Below the pieces are notes generated by a model, which ran no database searches, was not told the DNA's origin, and worked only from the letters and a program-made list of their open reading frames with translations. Below, piece after piece: positions 41,800 to 51,292 of a stretch of DNA of 64,000 nt. The translations under genes were made by a program, and so were the position numbers. The stretch's first letter is position 1, and every line of letters begins with the position of its first letter. Source of the stretch: Candidatus Eiseniibacteriota bacterium (GTDB lineage Bacteria > Eisenbacteria > RBG-16-71-46 > SZUA-252); assembly GCA_036274595.1 (NCBI GenBank), contig DASUFL010000147.1, positions 26,532 to 90,531 on the forward strand. Reading direction: 5' to 3'.

Positions 41800-44058
41800 A
41801 TGCTCGGCAAGACGCTCACCCATTACACGCTGATCGACCGCCTCGGCGGCGGCGGGATGGGCGTCGTCTATCGCGCGCGCGATCTGCGCCTCAACCGCGA
41901 CGTGGCGGTCAAGGTGCTGGCCCCCGCGATCCTCACGAACGAATCCGCGCGGCTCCGCTTCCGCCGGGAAGCGATGGCCCTGTCGCGCCTCAGCCACCCG
42001 AACATCGCGACCGTCCACGATTTCGACTGCGCGGACGGCATCGACTTTCTCGTCATGGAGCACGTGGAGGGAGAGACGCTGGCGCAGCGCCTCGGCCGGG
42101 GGCCCCTCTCCGAAGCCGACGCGACACCCATCGCGATCCAGATCGCGGAGGCGCTCGAGGAGGCCCACGAGCAGGGCGTCGTGCACCGCGACCTGAAGCC
42201 GGCCAACGTGGCGATCACGCCGAAGGGACGCGTGAAGGTGCTCGACTTCGGCCTCGCGCGCCTCCTCCAGACGAGCGATGCCGCCGACACGATGGCGCTC
42301 ACGGACGCGGGCTCCTGGTCGGGGACGCTGCCCTACATGGCCCCGGAGCAGCTCGAGGGGAAGGACGTGGATGGACGCGTCGATCTCTACGCGCTCGGTG
42401 CGCTCCTCTACGAGATGCTCGCTGGACGGCGGCCCTTCACCGCGATGGGAGCCGGACCGCTCATGAAGGCCATCCTGAACGAGCGCCCCCAGCCTCTGGC
42501 GCGCCTGCGCGCCGTGCCGCCGCGCCTCGAGACGCTCGTCGCGCGCCTCCTCGAGAAGGAGCCCGACCGCCGGCCCCGAACGGCGCGCGACGTCATCACG
42601 GCGCTGAAGGGGGACGGCCCATCGGCGATCCCGGCCTCGACCACTCCGTCCATCCGCGGCCTCGTCGTCCTGCCGCTCGAGAACCTCTCCGGCGATCCGG
42701 AGCAGGAGTTCTTCGCCGACGGGATGACCGAGGAGCTCATCGCGGATCTGGCGCAGATCCAGGCGCTGCGGGTGATCTCGCGCACCTCCGCGATGCGCTA
42801 CAAGAAGACGACGAAGACGCTCCAGGAGATCGGCAGCGAGCTGAATGTCGACGCCGTGGTGGAAGGTTCCGTGCGGCGGCACGCGGATCGCGTGCGCATC
42901 ACGGCGCAGCTCATCGAGGTCGCGACGGATCGTCATCTCTGGGCCAAGAGCTACGAGCGCGATCTCAAGGACGTCCTGGCGCTCCAGGGCGAGGTCGCGC
43001 GAGCGATCGCGCAGGAGATCCGCGTGAAGGTGACGCCGGAGGAAGAGGCGCGCCTCGCGCGGTCGCACGTCGTCGACCCCCGCGCGTACGAGAGCTACCT
43101 TCGCGGCCGCCAGCACTGGAACAAGCGGAACGACGAGGGACTCCTGCGCAGCCTCGAATATTTCCGGGAAGCGGTCGACCTCGACCCCGACTGGGCGACC
43201 GCGCGCGTGGGTCTGGCCGACGCCTACTGCGTGATCGGCTTCTACGGCACGCTGCCGCCGGGGGACAGCTTTCCCAAGGCGAAGATCGCGGCGACCGCGG
43301 CGCTCCGGATGGACGACCGGCTCGCGGAGGGATACTCGGCGCTCGGCTACGTGGAGCATTACTTCGAGTGGGACTGGGCGGCGGCCGAGCGGAGCTTCCA
43401 TCGCGCCCTCGAGCTGAACGACGGCAGCGCCTACATCCACCTCTTCTACGGGAACATGCTCGCCGCGATGGGTCGTCGCGAGGAGTCGGTCCGGACCGTC
43501 ACGCGCGCCCACGAGCTCGATCCGCTGTCGATGATCATCCGCGCCGCCCGGGCCTGGATGCATTTCTTCGGACGCAGCCTCGATGACGCCGTTCGATATA
43601 TCGAGGAGCTGATGGACCGAGAGCCGGACTTCTCGACAGCGTTCCTGTGGGCGGCGCCGATCTACGAAGTCCGGGGCGAGTACGACAAGGCGCTTCGCGC
43701 CGCGGCCCGCGGCGGGGAGATGACCGCGCGAAACCCCTGGGCCCTGTCCGGCATGGCCCGGGCGCTTGCGAAGATGGGGCGCCGGACCGAGGCGGAGGCG
43801 ATCCTGGCGGAGATGCGCGAGCTCGCCGCGCGGCGCTACGTCTCGCCCTACGACCTTGCGCTCGTTTGCGAGGCGCTGGAGCTGGACGATGAGGCGTTCG
43901 CGCAGCTCGAGCGCGGCTTCGAGGAGCGCGCCAACATGATGGTCCTGCTCGGCGTGGACCCGCGTTGGGACCGTCTCCGTCCCGATCCGAGATTTGCCGA
44001 GCTGGAGCGGCGGATGCGCTTCCCGGCCACCGTGAAGACGCTCCAGCCGGCCCGCTAG
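41800..44058 (+). CDS. Ser/Thr protein kinase with C-terminal TPR repeats
   Basis: Hanks kinase motifs: GGGGMGVVYRARD...AVK, HRDLKPANV, DFGLA, PYMAPE. The C-terminal ~350 aa are TPR-like. Confidence 0.8.
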   Translation: MLGKTLTHYTLIDRLGGGGMGVVYRARDLRLNRDVAVKVLAPAILTNESARLRFRREAMALSRLSHPNIATVHDFDCADGIDFLVMEHVEGETLAQRLGRGPLSEADATPIAIQIAEALEEAHEQGVVHRDLKPANVAITPKGRVKVLDFGLARLLQTSDAADTMALTDAGSWSGTLPYMAPEQLEGKDVDGRVDLYALGALLYEMLAGRRPFTAMGAGPLMKAILNERPQPLARLRAVPPRLETLVARLLEKEPDRRPRTARDVITALKGDGPSAIPASTTPSIRGLVVLPLENLSGDPEQEFFADGMTEELIADLAQIQALRVISRTSAMRYKKTTKTLQEIGSELNVDAVVEGSVRRHADRVRITAQLIEVATDRHLWAKSYERDLKDVLALQGEVARAIAQEIRVKVTPEEEARLARSHVVDPRAYESYLRGRQHWNKRNDEGLLRSLEYFREAVDLDPDWATARVGLADAYCVIGFYGTLPPGDSFPKAKIAATAALRMDDRLAEGYSALGYVEHYFEWDWAAAERSFHRALELNDGSAYIHLFYGNMLAAMGRREESVRTVTRAHELDPLSMIIRAARAWMHFFGRSLDDAVRYIEELMDREPDFSTAFLWAAPIYEVRGEYDKALRAAARGGEMTARNPWALSGMARALAKMGRRTEAEAILAEMRELAARRYVSPYDLALVCEALELDDEAFAQLERGFEERANMMVLLGVDPRWDRLRPDPRFAELERRMRFPATVKTLQPAR

Positions 44059-44199
44059 CCACGTCCTCCGGCGGCCAGCCGGGGCGGGTAACCCCCCGCA
44101 GCCGCAGCCGACTTCCCCCTAAACGTTTCCCCCCTCCGCGCCGATAGCTACGGCGTCGGGTCGTCCGTCCCATCTCTGGGTCGCGGGGGTCGTAACGCC

Positions 44200-45618
44200 T
44201 TGAATCTCAATGTCGGCATCATCATGCCCGCCGGGTCCGAGCGGGAGCGCCTGGTCCAGCACGTCGAGGACTCGGGTTGCCCCGTGCTCGTGGCCGAGCA
44301 CGTGAACGAGTTCCTGGCGCACGTCCAGGCCGAATCGTGCGGGTTGGCCCTCCTCGACTTCGGGGACTCCGAGAATGGCGGCCCCGATCACTCGGAGCGC
44401 CGCTCGGCGGTCAAGACGATCAAGGAGCGCTTCCCGCGGCTCCAGCTCGCCCTCTGGCTCGACCGCAGCTCCGCCGCCGAAGCGGCGGAGATGAACGAGC
44501 TCGGGATCCGGAATCTCTATCTCAAGCCGGTCCGCTTCGACCCGATCGACGGCCTCCTCAAGGCGGCGGGGAAGAGCGCCGCGCAGCAGGCACGCCAGCA
44601 GCGCGAGACCGCGCGCGTCCGTGAGGAGTTCCGCTTCGACCGCATCGTCGGGCAGAGCGCCGCGCTCAAGGACGCGATCGGACTCGCGCAGAGCGTCGCC
44701 GAATCGAGCGCGACGTCGGTTCTCCTGCTCGGCGAGAGCGGCGTGGGCAAGGAGCTCTTCGCGCGCGCCATCCATGGCGAGAGCCCGCGCGCGCACGGCC
44801 CGTTCCTCGAGATCAACTGCGCCGCCATCCCGCGCGAGCTCCTCGAGTCGGAGCTCTTCGGACACGAGAAGGGGGCGTTCACCGACGCGACCCAGCTTCG
44901 CGTGGGTCTCTTCGAAGCGGCCGAGCACGGCTCGGTCTTCCTCGACGAGATCGGCGAGCTGCCGCTCACGCTCCAGGCGAAGCTCCTCAAGTTCCTCGAT
45001 TCGAAGATCGTGCGGCGCGTCGGCGGCACCCGCGACATCCCCGTCGACGTGCGCATCCTGGCCGCGACCAATCGCTCGCTCGTCGACGAGGTGCGCCAGG
45101 GCCGCTTCCGCGAGGACCTCTATTACCGTCTCAGCGTGGTTCCGATCTCCATCCCGCCGCTTCGCGACCGCGACGACGACGCCGCGCTCCTCGCGCGCCT
45201 CTTCGTCGAGCGCGTCGGGCGGAAGCTGGGCAAGAAGGCGCACCTGAGCCCCGCGGGGGAGAAGGACATCGCGCGGTACGGCTGGCCCGGCAACGTCCGG
45301 GAGCTCATGAATGCGATCGAGCGAGCCGTGCTCCTGGCGCGCACGGAAGAAATCGGGCCCGACGAGCTCGCGATCCCGAAAGCCCGGGACGGCTCGGGGC
45401 AGGACGTCGGCCTGGCCGACCTGAATCTGCGGATCCCGTCCGATGGGGTCTCGCTCGTCGCCGTCGAGAAGGCCGTGATCCTGGGAGCGCTGGCCCGGAC
45501 CCACGGTAACGTGGTGGAAGCCGCCCGGCTGCTCCACATCGGCCGCGGCAGCCTCCGCTGCAAGATGCGACGCCACGGCCTCGGGCGCGAAGAGCCCGTC
45601 CGGGTCGGCGCCCTCTAA
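44200..45618 (+). CDS. Sigma-54-dependent transcriptional activator (NtrC family; N-terminal receiver-like domain)
   Basis: Receiver-like N-terminus (LALLDFGD...), AAA+ domain (GESGVGKE, GAFTDA, ESELFGH) and HTH (NVVEAARLLHIGRGSLRCKM). TTG start at 44200; the ATG at 44224 is the alternative. Confidence 0.8.
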   Translation: MNLNVGIIMPAGSERERLVQHVEDSGCPVLVAEHVNEFLAHVQAESCGLALLDFGDSENGGPDHSERRSAVKTIKERFPRLQLALWLDRSSAAEAAEMNELGIRNLYLKPVRFDPIDGLLKAAGKSAAQQARQQRETARVREEFRFDRIVGQSAALKDAIGLAQSVAESSATSVLLLGESGVGKELFARAIHGESPRAHGPFLEINCAAIPRELLESELFGHEKGAFTDATQLRVGLFEAAEHGSVFLDEIGELPLTLQAKLLKFLDSKIVRRVGGTRDIPVDVRILAATNRSLVDEVRQGRFREDLYYRLSVVPISIPPLRDRDDDAALLARLFVERVGRKLGKKAHLSPAGEKDIARYGWPGNVRELMNAIERAVLLARTEEIGPDELAIPKARDGSGQDVGLADLNLRIPSDGVSLVAVEKAVILGALARTHGNVVEAARLLHIGRGSLRCKMRRHGLGREEPVRVGAL

Positions 45619-45634
45619 CCCCCGCCTTCTCGCC

Positions 45635-45663
45635 TTGACACCCCCCCGGGGGGTCCGTAGCCT
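45635..45663 (+). promoter_or_regulatory. Sigma-70-type promoter candidate TTGACA-N17-TAGCCT upstream of the ECF sigma operon
   Basis: TTGACA at 45635-45640, a 17-nt spacer beginning CCCCCCC, and TAGCCT at 45658-45663. This is the same architecture as the element upstream of hom (54136-54164). Confidence 0.35.
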
Positions 45664-45670
45664 CAGTTCA

Positions 45671-45700
45671 GGAACTTTCCGGGAACCCACCGTTTGCTCC
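45671..45700 (+). promoter_or_regulatory. ECF-type -35-like element GGAACTT upstream of the ECF sigma gene (possible autoregulation)
   Basis: GGAACTT at 45671-45677 resembles the ECF -35 consensus (GGAAC). No clear -10 element. Weak. Confidence 0.2.
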
Positions 45701-45726
45701 CGCGCATCGATAGGGGCGAGGAAGAC

Positions 45727-46326
45727 GTGACCCAAGCCGAGACCGACGAACAGCTCGTCCGGAAGTCTCAACAGGACGACGAGCGTGCGTTCGGCGAGCT
45801 GGTGTCCCGCTACGAGTCGAAGGTGTACAGCCTCGCCCTGAAGATGCTCCGCAATCCGGAGGACGCGGAGGACGTGCTTCAGGACACGTTCCTTCGCGCG
45901 TACCGGGGCATCAAGTCCTTCAAAGGCAATTCCACGTTTTCGACGTGGATCTATCGGATCACGGCGAACTCGGCGCTCATGCGCCTTCGAAAGCGTCAGC
46001 TCCCGACGGTGTCCATCGACGACGCCGACGAACGGGAAGCGCCGATCAATATCGCCGACTGGGCACCCGGCCCGGTCGAGCAGATGCTCAACCAGGAAAC
46101 GCAAGCCGCGATGACCGAAGCCATCGATGCCCTTCCCCCGGAATTCCGCCAGGTGTTCGTGCTGCGCGACATCGAGGAGCTCTCCAACGCCGAAGTGGCC
46201 GAGATCCTCGATCTCTCGGTCGCGGCCGTGAAGTCCAGGCTGCACCGAGCGCGCCTCAAGGTCCGCAACAGGCTCGCGACCTACTTCACCGAGCCGCCGA
46301 CGCGGCGCGCCATGGGAGCTCAGTGA
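45727..46326 (+). CDS. ECF-type RNA polymerase sigma factor (sigma-70 family regions 2 and 4)
   Basis: DDERAFGELVSRYESKVYSLALKM (region 2) and NAEVAEILDLSVAAVKSRLHRAR (region 4 HTH). The GTG at 45727 is preceded by GAGGAAG. The TTG at 45694 in the ORF track is less likely. Confidence 0.8.
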   Translation: MTQAETDEQLVRKSQQDDERAFGELVSRYESKVYSLALKMLRNPEDAEDVLQDTFLRAYRGIKSFKGNSTFSTWIYRITANSALMRLRKRQLPTVSIDDADEREAPINIADWAPGPVEQMLNQETQAAMTEAIDALPPEFRQVFVLRDIEELSNAEVAEILDLSVAAVKSRLHRARLKVRNRLATYFTEPPTRRAMGAQ

Positions 46327-46577
46327 TGATGACGTGCAAGGAGGTCCTCGAATCACTCTCCGGGTATCTCGATGAGGATCTGAAGCAGGAAGTCGCCGTC
46401 GAGATGAAGAAGCACATCGGACTCTGCACCGACTGCCGCGCCGAATTCGACACCCTCACGTTGACCATCAAGCTCTATCGACACTTCGAAACGCCCTCCA
46501 TGCCGGCGGATTGCCATGACCGCCTCGTGAAGGTGCTGGAGCTGGAGAAGCTCAAGCGCACCCCCGGCAAGGAATGA
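46326..46577 (+). CDS. Zinc-finger (zf-HC2 / ZAS-type) anti-sigma factor
   Basis: 83 aa. The start overlaps the sigma stop (TGATG). HIGLCTDCRAEFD is the H-x3-C-x2-C anti-sigma zinc motif. Confidence 0.6.
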   Translation: MMTCKEVLESLSGYLDEDLKQEVAVEMKKHIGLCTDCRAEFDTLTLTIKLYRHFETPSMPADCHDRLVKVLELEKLKRTPGKE

Positions 46578-47557
46578 CCCCGGGCGGGTCCGATTTGGAA
46601 CCCCGGCGCATCGAGCTCTACCGTCCCCAGAACCAGCTCGGCGATCTCCTCCTCAACGTCCCCGCCATTCGCGCGATTCGCGACCGTTTCCAGAGCGCCC
46701 ACATCACGCTCGTCGTCGGACCCCAGAACGCCCCCGCCGTGCTCGGCCAGGCCTGGGCGGATCGCGTCCGCGTGGTGCCCACGAAGGGCGTGGGGGCGAT
46801 CGTGGGGGCGTTCACCCGGAGCGGGCCGCGCGCCGATCTCGCGATCTACTTCACCACCGTGTCGTACTCGAAGAGCGCCGCCTGGCTGGTGCGCACGTCG
46901 GGCGCCACACGACGGATCGGGTTCGATGCCGCGCGCTACGGCGAGCGCGACCGCGCGGCGCTGACCGGGGTGGTCCCGTATCCGGATGGAGAGCGCCATC
47001 AGTCCGAGGTCTCGCTCGCCCTCGCGCGCGCGGCGGGGGCCGGCGCCGCGGTGCCGCCGCCTCCGTACTTCGTGCCCGAGGCCGCGCTCCTCGAGCGGGC
47101 TCCGGGCGGGCATGTGTACCTCCATCCCGGGGCGGGGAAGGTGAAGAACCGCTGGCCGGCGGAGCGATTTGCGGAGGTGGCCCGGGCGCTTCTCGCGCGC
47201 GGGTGCGAGATCTCCTGGATCGAGGGGCCGCAGGACGAAGGCTGCGTGGATCGCGCGTCGAGCGCGCTCGGCCGGAGCCTCCCCGTCGTGCGCGGCGAGA
47301 CGATCCCGATGCTCGCCGCCCGCTTCGCCCGCGCCGCCCTTTACATCGGGAACGACACCGGCCCGCTCCATCTCGCCGCCGCGACCGGATGTCCGACGGT
47401 CGGGATCTACGGATGGTCGGATCCCGAGCAGTGGTCGCCCGTAGGACGCTGCGTCCGCTCCGTGCGCGCCCCGGACGGCACGCTGGAGTCGATTCCGCCC
47501 GAGCAGGTGCTGGAGGCTGCGCGTCCATTGTTGGAGGAGCCCGCGTGCATCCTTTAG
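46574..47557 (+). CDS. Glycosyltransferase family 9 (ADP-heptose:LPS heptosyltransferase-like)
   Basis: The ATG overlaps the anti-sigma stop (ATGA). LGDLLLNVPAIRAIR, YIGNDTGPLHLAAATGCPTVGIYG. Confidence 0.7.
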   Translation: MTPGGSDLEPRRIELYRPQNQLGDLLLNVPAIRAIRDRFQSAHITLVVGPQNAPAVLGQAWADRVRVVPTKGVGAIVGAFTRSGPRADLAIYFTTVSYSKSAAWLVRTSGATRRIGFDAARYGERDRAALTGVVPYPDGERHQSEVSLALARAAGAGAAVPPPPYFVPEAALLERAPGGHVYLHPGAGKVKNRWPAERFAEVARALLARGCEISWIEGPQDEGCVDRASSALGRSLPVVRGETIPMLAARFARAALYIGNDTGPLHLAAATGCPTVGIYGWSDPEQWSPVGRCVRSVRAPDGTLESIPPEQVLEAARPLLEEPACIL

Positions 47558-49530
47558 CGCCTTACGCGCGCGCCCCTTACGCGCGCGCCCCGCAGGGCGC
47601 GCGGAACTCCACGGTCCTAGCCGCCGCGTTTGTAGCGTCGTTGTTTTTGCTCGCACCGAACGCCCACGCCGCCGCCCCATCCCCCCAAATCACGCGCATC
47701 CGCACCATCACGGACCGCGAAGCCCGCCGCGACACCACCGACCTCGGCCGCTGGCTCCTTGCCGATGGCAACGCCGCGGCGCGCTCCGCCGCGGCCGTCG
47801 CGCTCGGCCGGATCCAGAACCGAGGCAGCGTGCCCGCGCTCTCGCGCGCGCTCGACGACCGTTCGCCCGGAGTCCGGCGCGACGCCGCGTTCGCGCTCGG
47901 CCTGATCGGCGACTCGACCGCGGCGCCCGCGCTGATCCGGCGGCTCGGCGTGGAGACCGATCCTCATGCGCGCGACGCGTTGATCGCCGCGCTCGGGTTG
48001 GCGGGCGGCAAGGCGGCGGGGCCGTCGCTCGCGCGCTCGATCCAGTCCAAGCGTCTCCTCGAGCGCGGCGCCGCCGCGCTCGCCGCGGCGCGCCTCAAGG
48101 ACTCGACGCTGGTCGCTCCGCTCTCCGCGGCCGCGCGCGACGCGTCGCCGGAGGTCAGGTGGCGCGTGGCCTACGCGCTCGGGCGGATTGGGGACCCCGC
48201 GGGCGCCCAGGCGCTGCGCACGCTGTCCACCGACAAGGTCGATCTCGTGCGCGCCATGGCCGCGCGCGCGATCGGCGATGTCGGAGATTCCACCGCCGGC
48301 GCGCGGCTCGTGTCGCTTCTCGGCGACCCCGCGTGGCGCGTCCGGGTGAACGCCGCGCATTCTCTGGGCGTGCTCAAGGCGCGCCGCGACGCGCGCTCGC
48401 TCATGCCGCTCCTCAAGGACCCGGTCGCGCACGTGCGATGGGAGGCGGCCGCGTCGCTCGGGCTCGTCGGAGATTCGACCGCGATCCCGCGACTTCAAGA
48501 GGTCCTCGACGACAGCTCGACCGGCGTCATCCACGCGGCGGCGACGTCGATGCTCCAGATCCAGGGCGACCGCGCCGTCGCCGCGATCGCCCCCGCAATC
48601 GATCTCCTCCCCGGTTATCTCCGCTCGAGCCTGGTCGAGGCGCTCGGCCCGGTGAACGGCCCGCTCGCGCTCGAGACGCTCCTCGCGCGCGCCCAGGACT
48701 CGACAGACGCGCAAGAGCAGGCGGGGGCCGCGTCGGGGCTCGCCAAGCGCCCCGCGGACGCGGCGGTCTCGATTCCGATCCTCCGCGCGCTCCTCGCATC
48801 GAAGGACTTCACGGTCGTCTGTTCCGCGGAAGAGGCCTTGGGCGCGCTCGGAGACAGCGCGTCGGTGCCCGCGATCGCTCAGCTCCTCCTGCGCACCGGC
48901 ACGCCCGAGGCCGCGGACATCCGGAGCTCCGCCGCCACCGCGCTTGCGTCGTTGAAGACCTCGGCCGCGCTCGACGCGCTCCGCGGAGCGCGCTCGGACC
49001 GCGAGCGGCGCGTGCGCGAGATCGCGACCACGGCGCTCGGCCTTCCGGCCGATTCCGTCGCGGCCGAGCCGGCGCCCGAGCTTCGCGTCGAGCCGATTCC
49101 GAACAATCCGGCGCTCGGGGCCACGATCGAGACGTCGCGCGGGGAGATCCGGATCGCGCTCGACGCGAAGACCGCGCCCCGCACCGTCGAGAACTTCGCG
49201 CGGCTCGCGCGGTCGGGCTACTTCAACGGCCTCAACGTCCATCGCGTGGTGCCGAACTTCGTCGTCCAGGACGGCTGCCCCCGCGGCGACGGGTGGGGGA
49301 GTCCCGGCTACGCGATTCCGTGCGAGTACAACGCGATCCCCTACGAGGCCGGCACGGTCGGCATGGCGCTGTCGGGGAAGGACACGGGGGGAAGCCAGTG
49401 GTTCATCACGCTCTCGCCCCAGCCGCGGCTGGACGGCAAGTACACCGCGTTTGGCAAGGTCACGGCGGGCATGGACGTCGTGGAGCGGATCATGCCGGGG
49501 GATCGGATCCTCAAGATCACGATCCGCTGA
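47545..49530 (+). CDS. Periplasmic HEAT-repeat (PBS-lyase-like) protein fused to a C-terminal cyclophilin-type peptidyl-prolyl cis-trans isomerase
   Basis: The GTG at 47545 gives a signal peptide (...LAAAFVASLFLLAPNAHA). About 12 HEAT/PBS repeats follow (repeated VR..AA.ALG.IGD motifs). The C-terminal 170 aa are cyclophilin (VHRVVPNFVVQDGCPRGDGWGSPGY...GTVGMA...QWFITL). The upstream 342 nt of the ORF in the track overlaps the GT9 and is rejected. Confidence 0.7.
   Translation: MHPLAPYARAPYARAPQGARNSTVLAAAFVASLFLLAPNAHAAAPSPQITRIRTITDREARRDTTDLGRWLLADGNAAARSAAAVALGRIQNRGSVPALSRALDDRSPGVRRDAAFALGLIGDSTAAPALIRRLGVETDPHARDALIAALGLAGGKAAGPSLARSIQSKRLLERGAAALAAARLKDSTLVAPLSAAARDASPEVRWRVAYALGRIGDPAGAQALRTLSTDKVDLVRAMAARAIGDVGDSTAGARLVSLLGDPAWRVRVNAAHSLGVLKARRDARSLMPLLKDPVAHVRWEAAASLGLVGDSTAIPRLQEVLDDSSTGVIHAAATSMLQIQGDRAVAAIAPAIDLLPGYLRSSLVEALGPVNGPLALETLLARAQDSTDAQEQAGAASGLAKRPADAAVSIPILRALLASKDFTVVCSAEEALGALGDSASVPAIAQLLLRTGTPEAADIRSSAATALASLKTSAALDALRGARSDRERRVREIATTALGLPADSVAAEPAPELRVEPIPNNPALGATIETSRGEIRIALDAKTAPRTVENFARLARSGYFNGLNVHRVVPNFVVQDGCPRGDGWGSPGYAIPCEYNAIPYEAGTVGMALSGKDTGGSQWFITLSPQPRLDGKYTAFGKVTAGMDVVERIMPGDRILKITIR
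47560..47589 (+). repeat. Perfect 15-bp tandem duplication CCTTACGCGCGCGCC x2 (encodes PYARAPYARA in the signal-peptide n-region)
   Basis: Copies at 47560-47574 and 47575-47589. Confidence 0.7.
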
Positions 49531-49539
49531 TCCGCCGCC

Positions 49540-50388
49540 CTACGCCAGCGCGAGGATCAGCCGTTCCAAGAGCTGCTTGAGCGCGGGCGCCACCGCCTGC
49601 ACCGCGCCCGTCACTTCCTCGTGGCTCAGCTTCCGCGAGCTCTTGCCCGCCGCCCAGTTGGTCACGCACGAGATCCCCGCAACCGGCACGCCGAGCGACG
49701 ACGCCATCGCGACCTCGGCCGCCGTCGACATGCAGACCGCATCGGCTCCCATCTGCTCGAGCATGCGGATCTCGGCAGGCGTCTCGTAGGAGGGACCGAG
49801 CGCCACGCCGAGCACGCCCCGCTCGGCGCGCACGCCGGCGACCGTCGCCGCGCGCATGGCCTTCGCGAGGAGGTCGGCCGAGTAGACCGGGCGCGCCGTG
49901 AGCCCGCGCGGCCCCGCCACGGACCCGGCGGCTCCCCGGAGCGGAGCGCGCGCCTGCAGATTCACCTGGTCCTCGATCAGCATGAGCGAGCCGGGCGCCA
50001 TCCGCGGGGTGATCCCTCCCGCCGCGTTCGTGACGACGAGCGCCTTCGCTCCGAGCGCCGCGAGGAGCCGCACCGCGCGCGTCACTTCCTCCGCGGAGTA
50101 GCCCTCGTAGAGATGGGACCGTCCCTGTGCCACCACCACGGCGCGGCCCGCCCACTTCCCTAGGAGCAACCGTCCGGAATGGCCGGCCACCGTGGAGCGC
50201 GGGAGTCCCGGGATGTCGGCGGTCGGGATGCTCGCTTCCCAGGCCACCCCTTCGGCGAGAACTCCGAGGCCGCTTCCCAGGACGAGCCCGACGCGCGGCG
50301 ACGCCTGCGTGCGGCGGCGGACGACGCGCACCGCCTCCTCGAGGTCGAACGCGACGGCGCCCGCCGCGGCGCGCGGCCCCGCCGGCAT
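49540..50388 (-). CDS. Purine nucleoside phosphorylase (PNP-I family)
   Basis: GVVLGSGLG, HLYEGY, GADAVCMSTAAEV. 283 aa. The ATG overlaps the stop of the upstream permease (TAATG). The upstream part of the 565 aa ORF in the track is rejected. Confidence 0.85.
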   Translation of the reverse strand: MPAGPRAAAGAVAFDLEEAVRVVRRRTQASPRVGLVLGSGLGVLAEGVAWEASIPTADIPGLPRSTVAGHSGRLLLGKWAGRAVVVAQGRSHLYEGYSAEEVTRAVRLLAALGAKALVVTNAAGGITPRMAPGSLMLIEDQVNLQARAPLRGAAGSVAGPRGLTARPVYSADLLAKAMRAATVAGVRAERGVLGVALGPSYETPAEIRMLEQMGADAVCMSTAAEVAMASSLGVPVAGISCVTNWAAGKSSRKLSHEEVTGAVQAVAPALKQLLERLILALA

Positions 50389-51284
50389 TACAGGACGTCC
50401 GGGTCGGTGCCGGTCTGCGGCGAGAGCGAGAGGCGGAGCGCCCGCCTCGAGAGGAACATCAGGTAGACGAGGGCGATGAGATAGGGCGCCAGGTCGAGCG
50501 CGATGCCCCACTCCGCCTTCGTGCCGCCGAGCGGGCGCGCCGCGCGCGCGAGCGCGGGCCCCAGGGCGAGGAGCAGGGCCGGCACCAGCGACCAGCGCGC
50601 GGCGATGACGCACGCGAGCGCCAGGATCCCGAGCGCCGCGGGGGGCGCGGCGGCGTGCGCGAGCGCGAGCAGGACGACCGCCGGGGCGGCGAACGCTCCG
50701 CCCACGACCACGGCGCCGATCCGGTACGCGACTGGGGGCGCGCCGGGAACCCACCAGGCCGGATTCTCTCCGAACGCGCGGAGCCTGAGGCCGAACGACG
50801 TGTTCGCGAGGATGGCGGCGCCCAGAACGATGAGGAGCGGCGCAACCCAGACGGCCGGATTCAGAGCGAGCAGGGCGGCGTAGGTGTCGTCGAACGACGT
50901 CCCCCGGAGGAGCCAGGCATCCGCCGACTGCGTCGCGAGGAGCGGCGCGTGCGAGCGCAGGAGGAGGACGAGCGCGCTCCATGGGACGAGGCTCGCGACG
51001 AAGGTTCCGAGGGCCGGATCGACGCGCGAGAGCTGGACGAGCGTTCCTGCGGCTGCCGCGAAGACGAGCGCCGCACCCAGGGCCGCAAGCACCGCCACCG
51101 CGAGGTGTCCGGTCGCCTCGTAGCCGAAGAAGAGTCCCAGCCACGCGCTCGCGACGCATCCCTCGACTCCGAGACCCGAGAGGCCCGCGCGCTCCCAGAA
51201 GAGGCACGCCACGGCGAGGAGCGCGAGCGCGAGCCACTCGATGGGAAGCTGCACCAGCGGGCCCAGGTAGAGCGAAGCGTCCAC
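50388..51284 (-). CDS. ABC-transporter permease of the BMP (basic membrane protein / nucleoside) family, orphan
   Basis: About 8 TM helices and the permease signature LRAFGENP. No ATPase or binding-protein gene is adjacent. Confidence 0.5.
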   Translation of the reverse strand: MDASLYLGPLVQLPIEWLALALLAVACLFWERAGLSGLGVEGCVASAWLGLFFGYEATGHLAVAVLAALGAALVFAAAAGTLVQLSRVDPALGTFVASLVPWSALVLLLRSHAPLLATQSADAWLLRGTSFDDTYAALLALNPAVWVAPLLIVLGAAILANTSFGLRLRAFGENPAWWVPGAPPVAYRIGAVVVGGAFAAPAVVLLALAHAAAPPAALGILALACVIAARWSLVPALLLALGPALARAARPLGGTKAEWGIALDLAPYLIALVYLMFLSRRALRLSLSPQTGTDPDVL

Positions 51285-51292
51285 GCCCGCCC

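Noticed and set aside
44119-46356. 745 aa minus-strand ORF
   Set aside because: Antisense to the sigma-54 response regulator and the ECF sigma gene, both of which have strong signatures.
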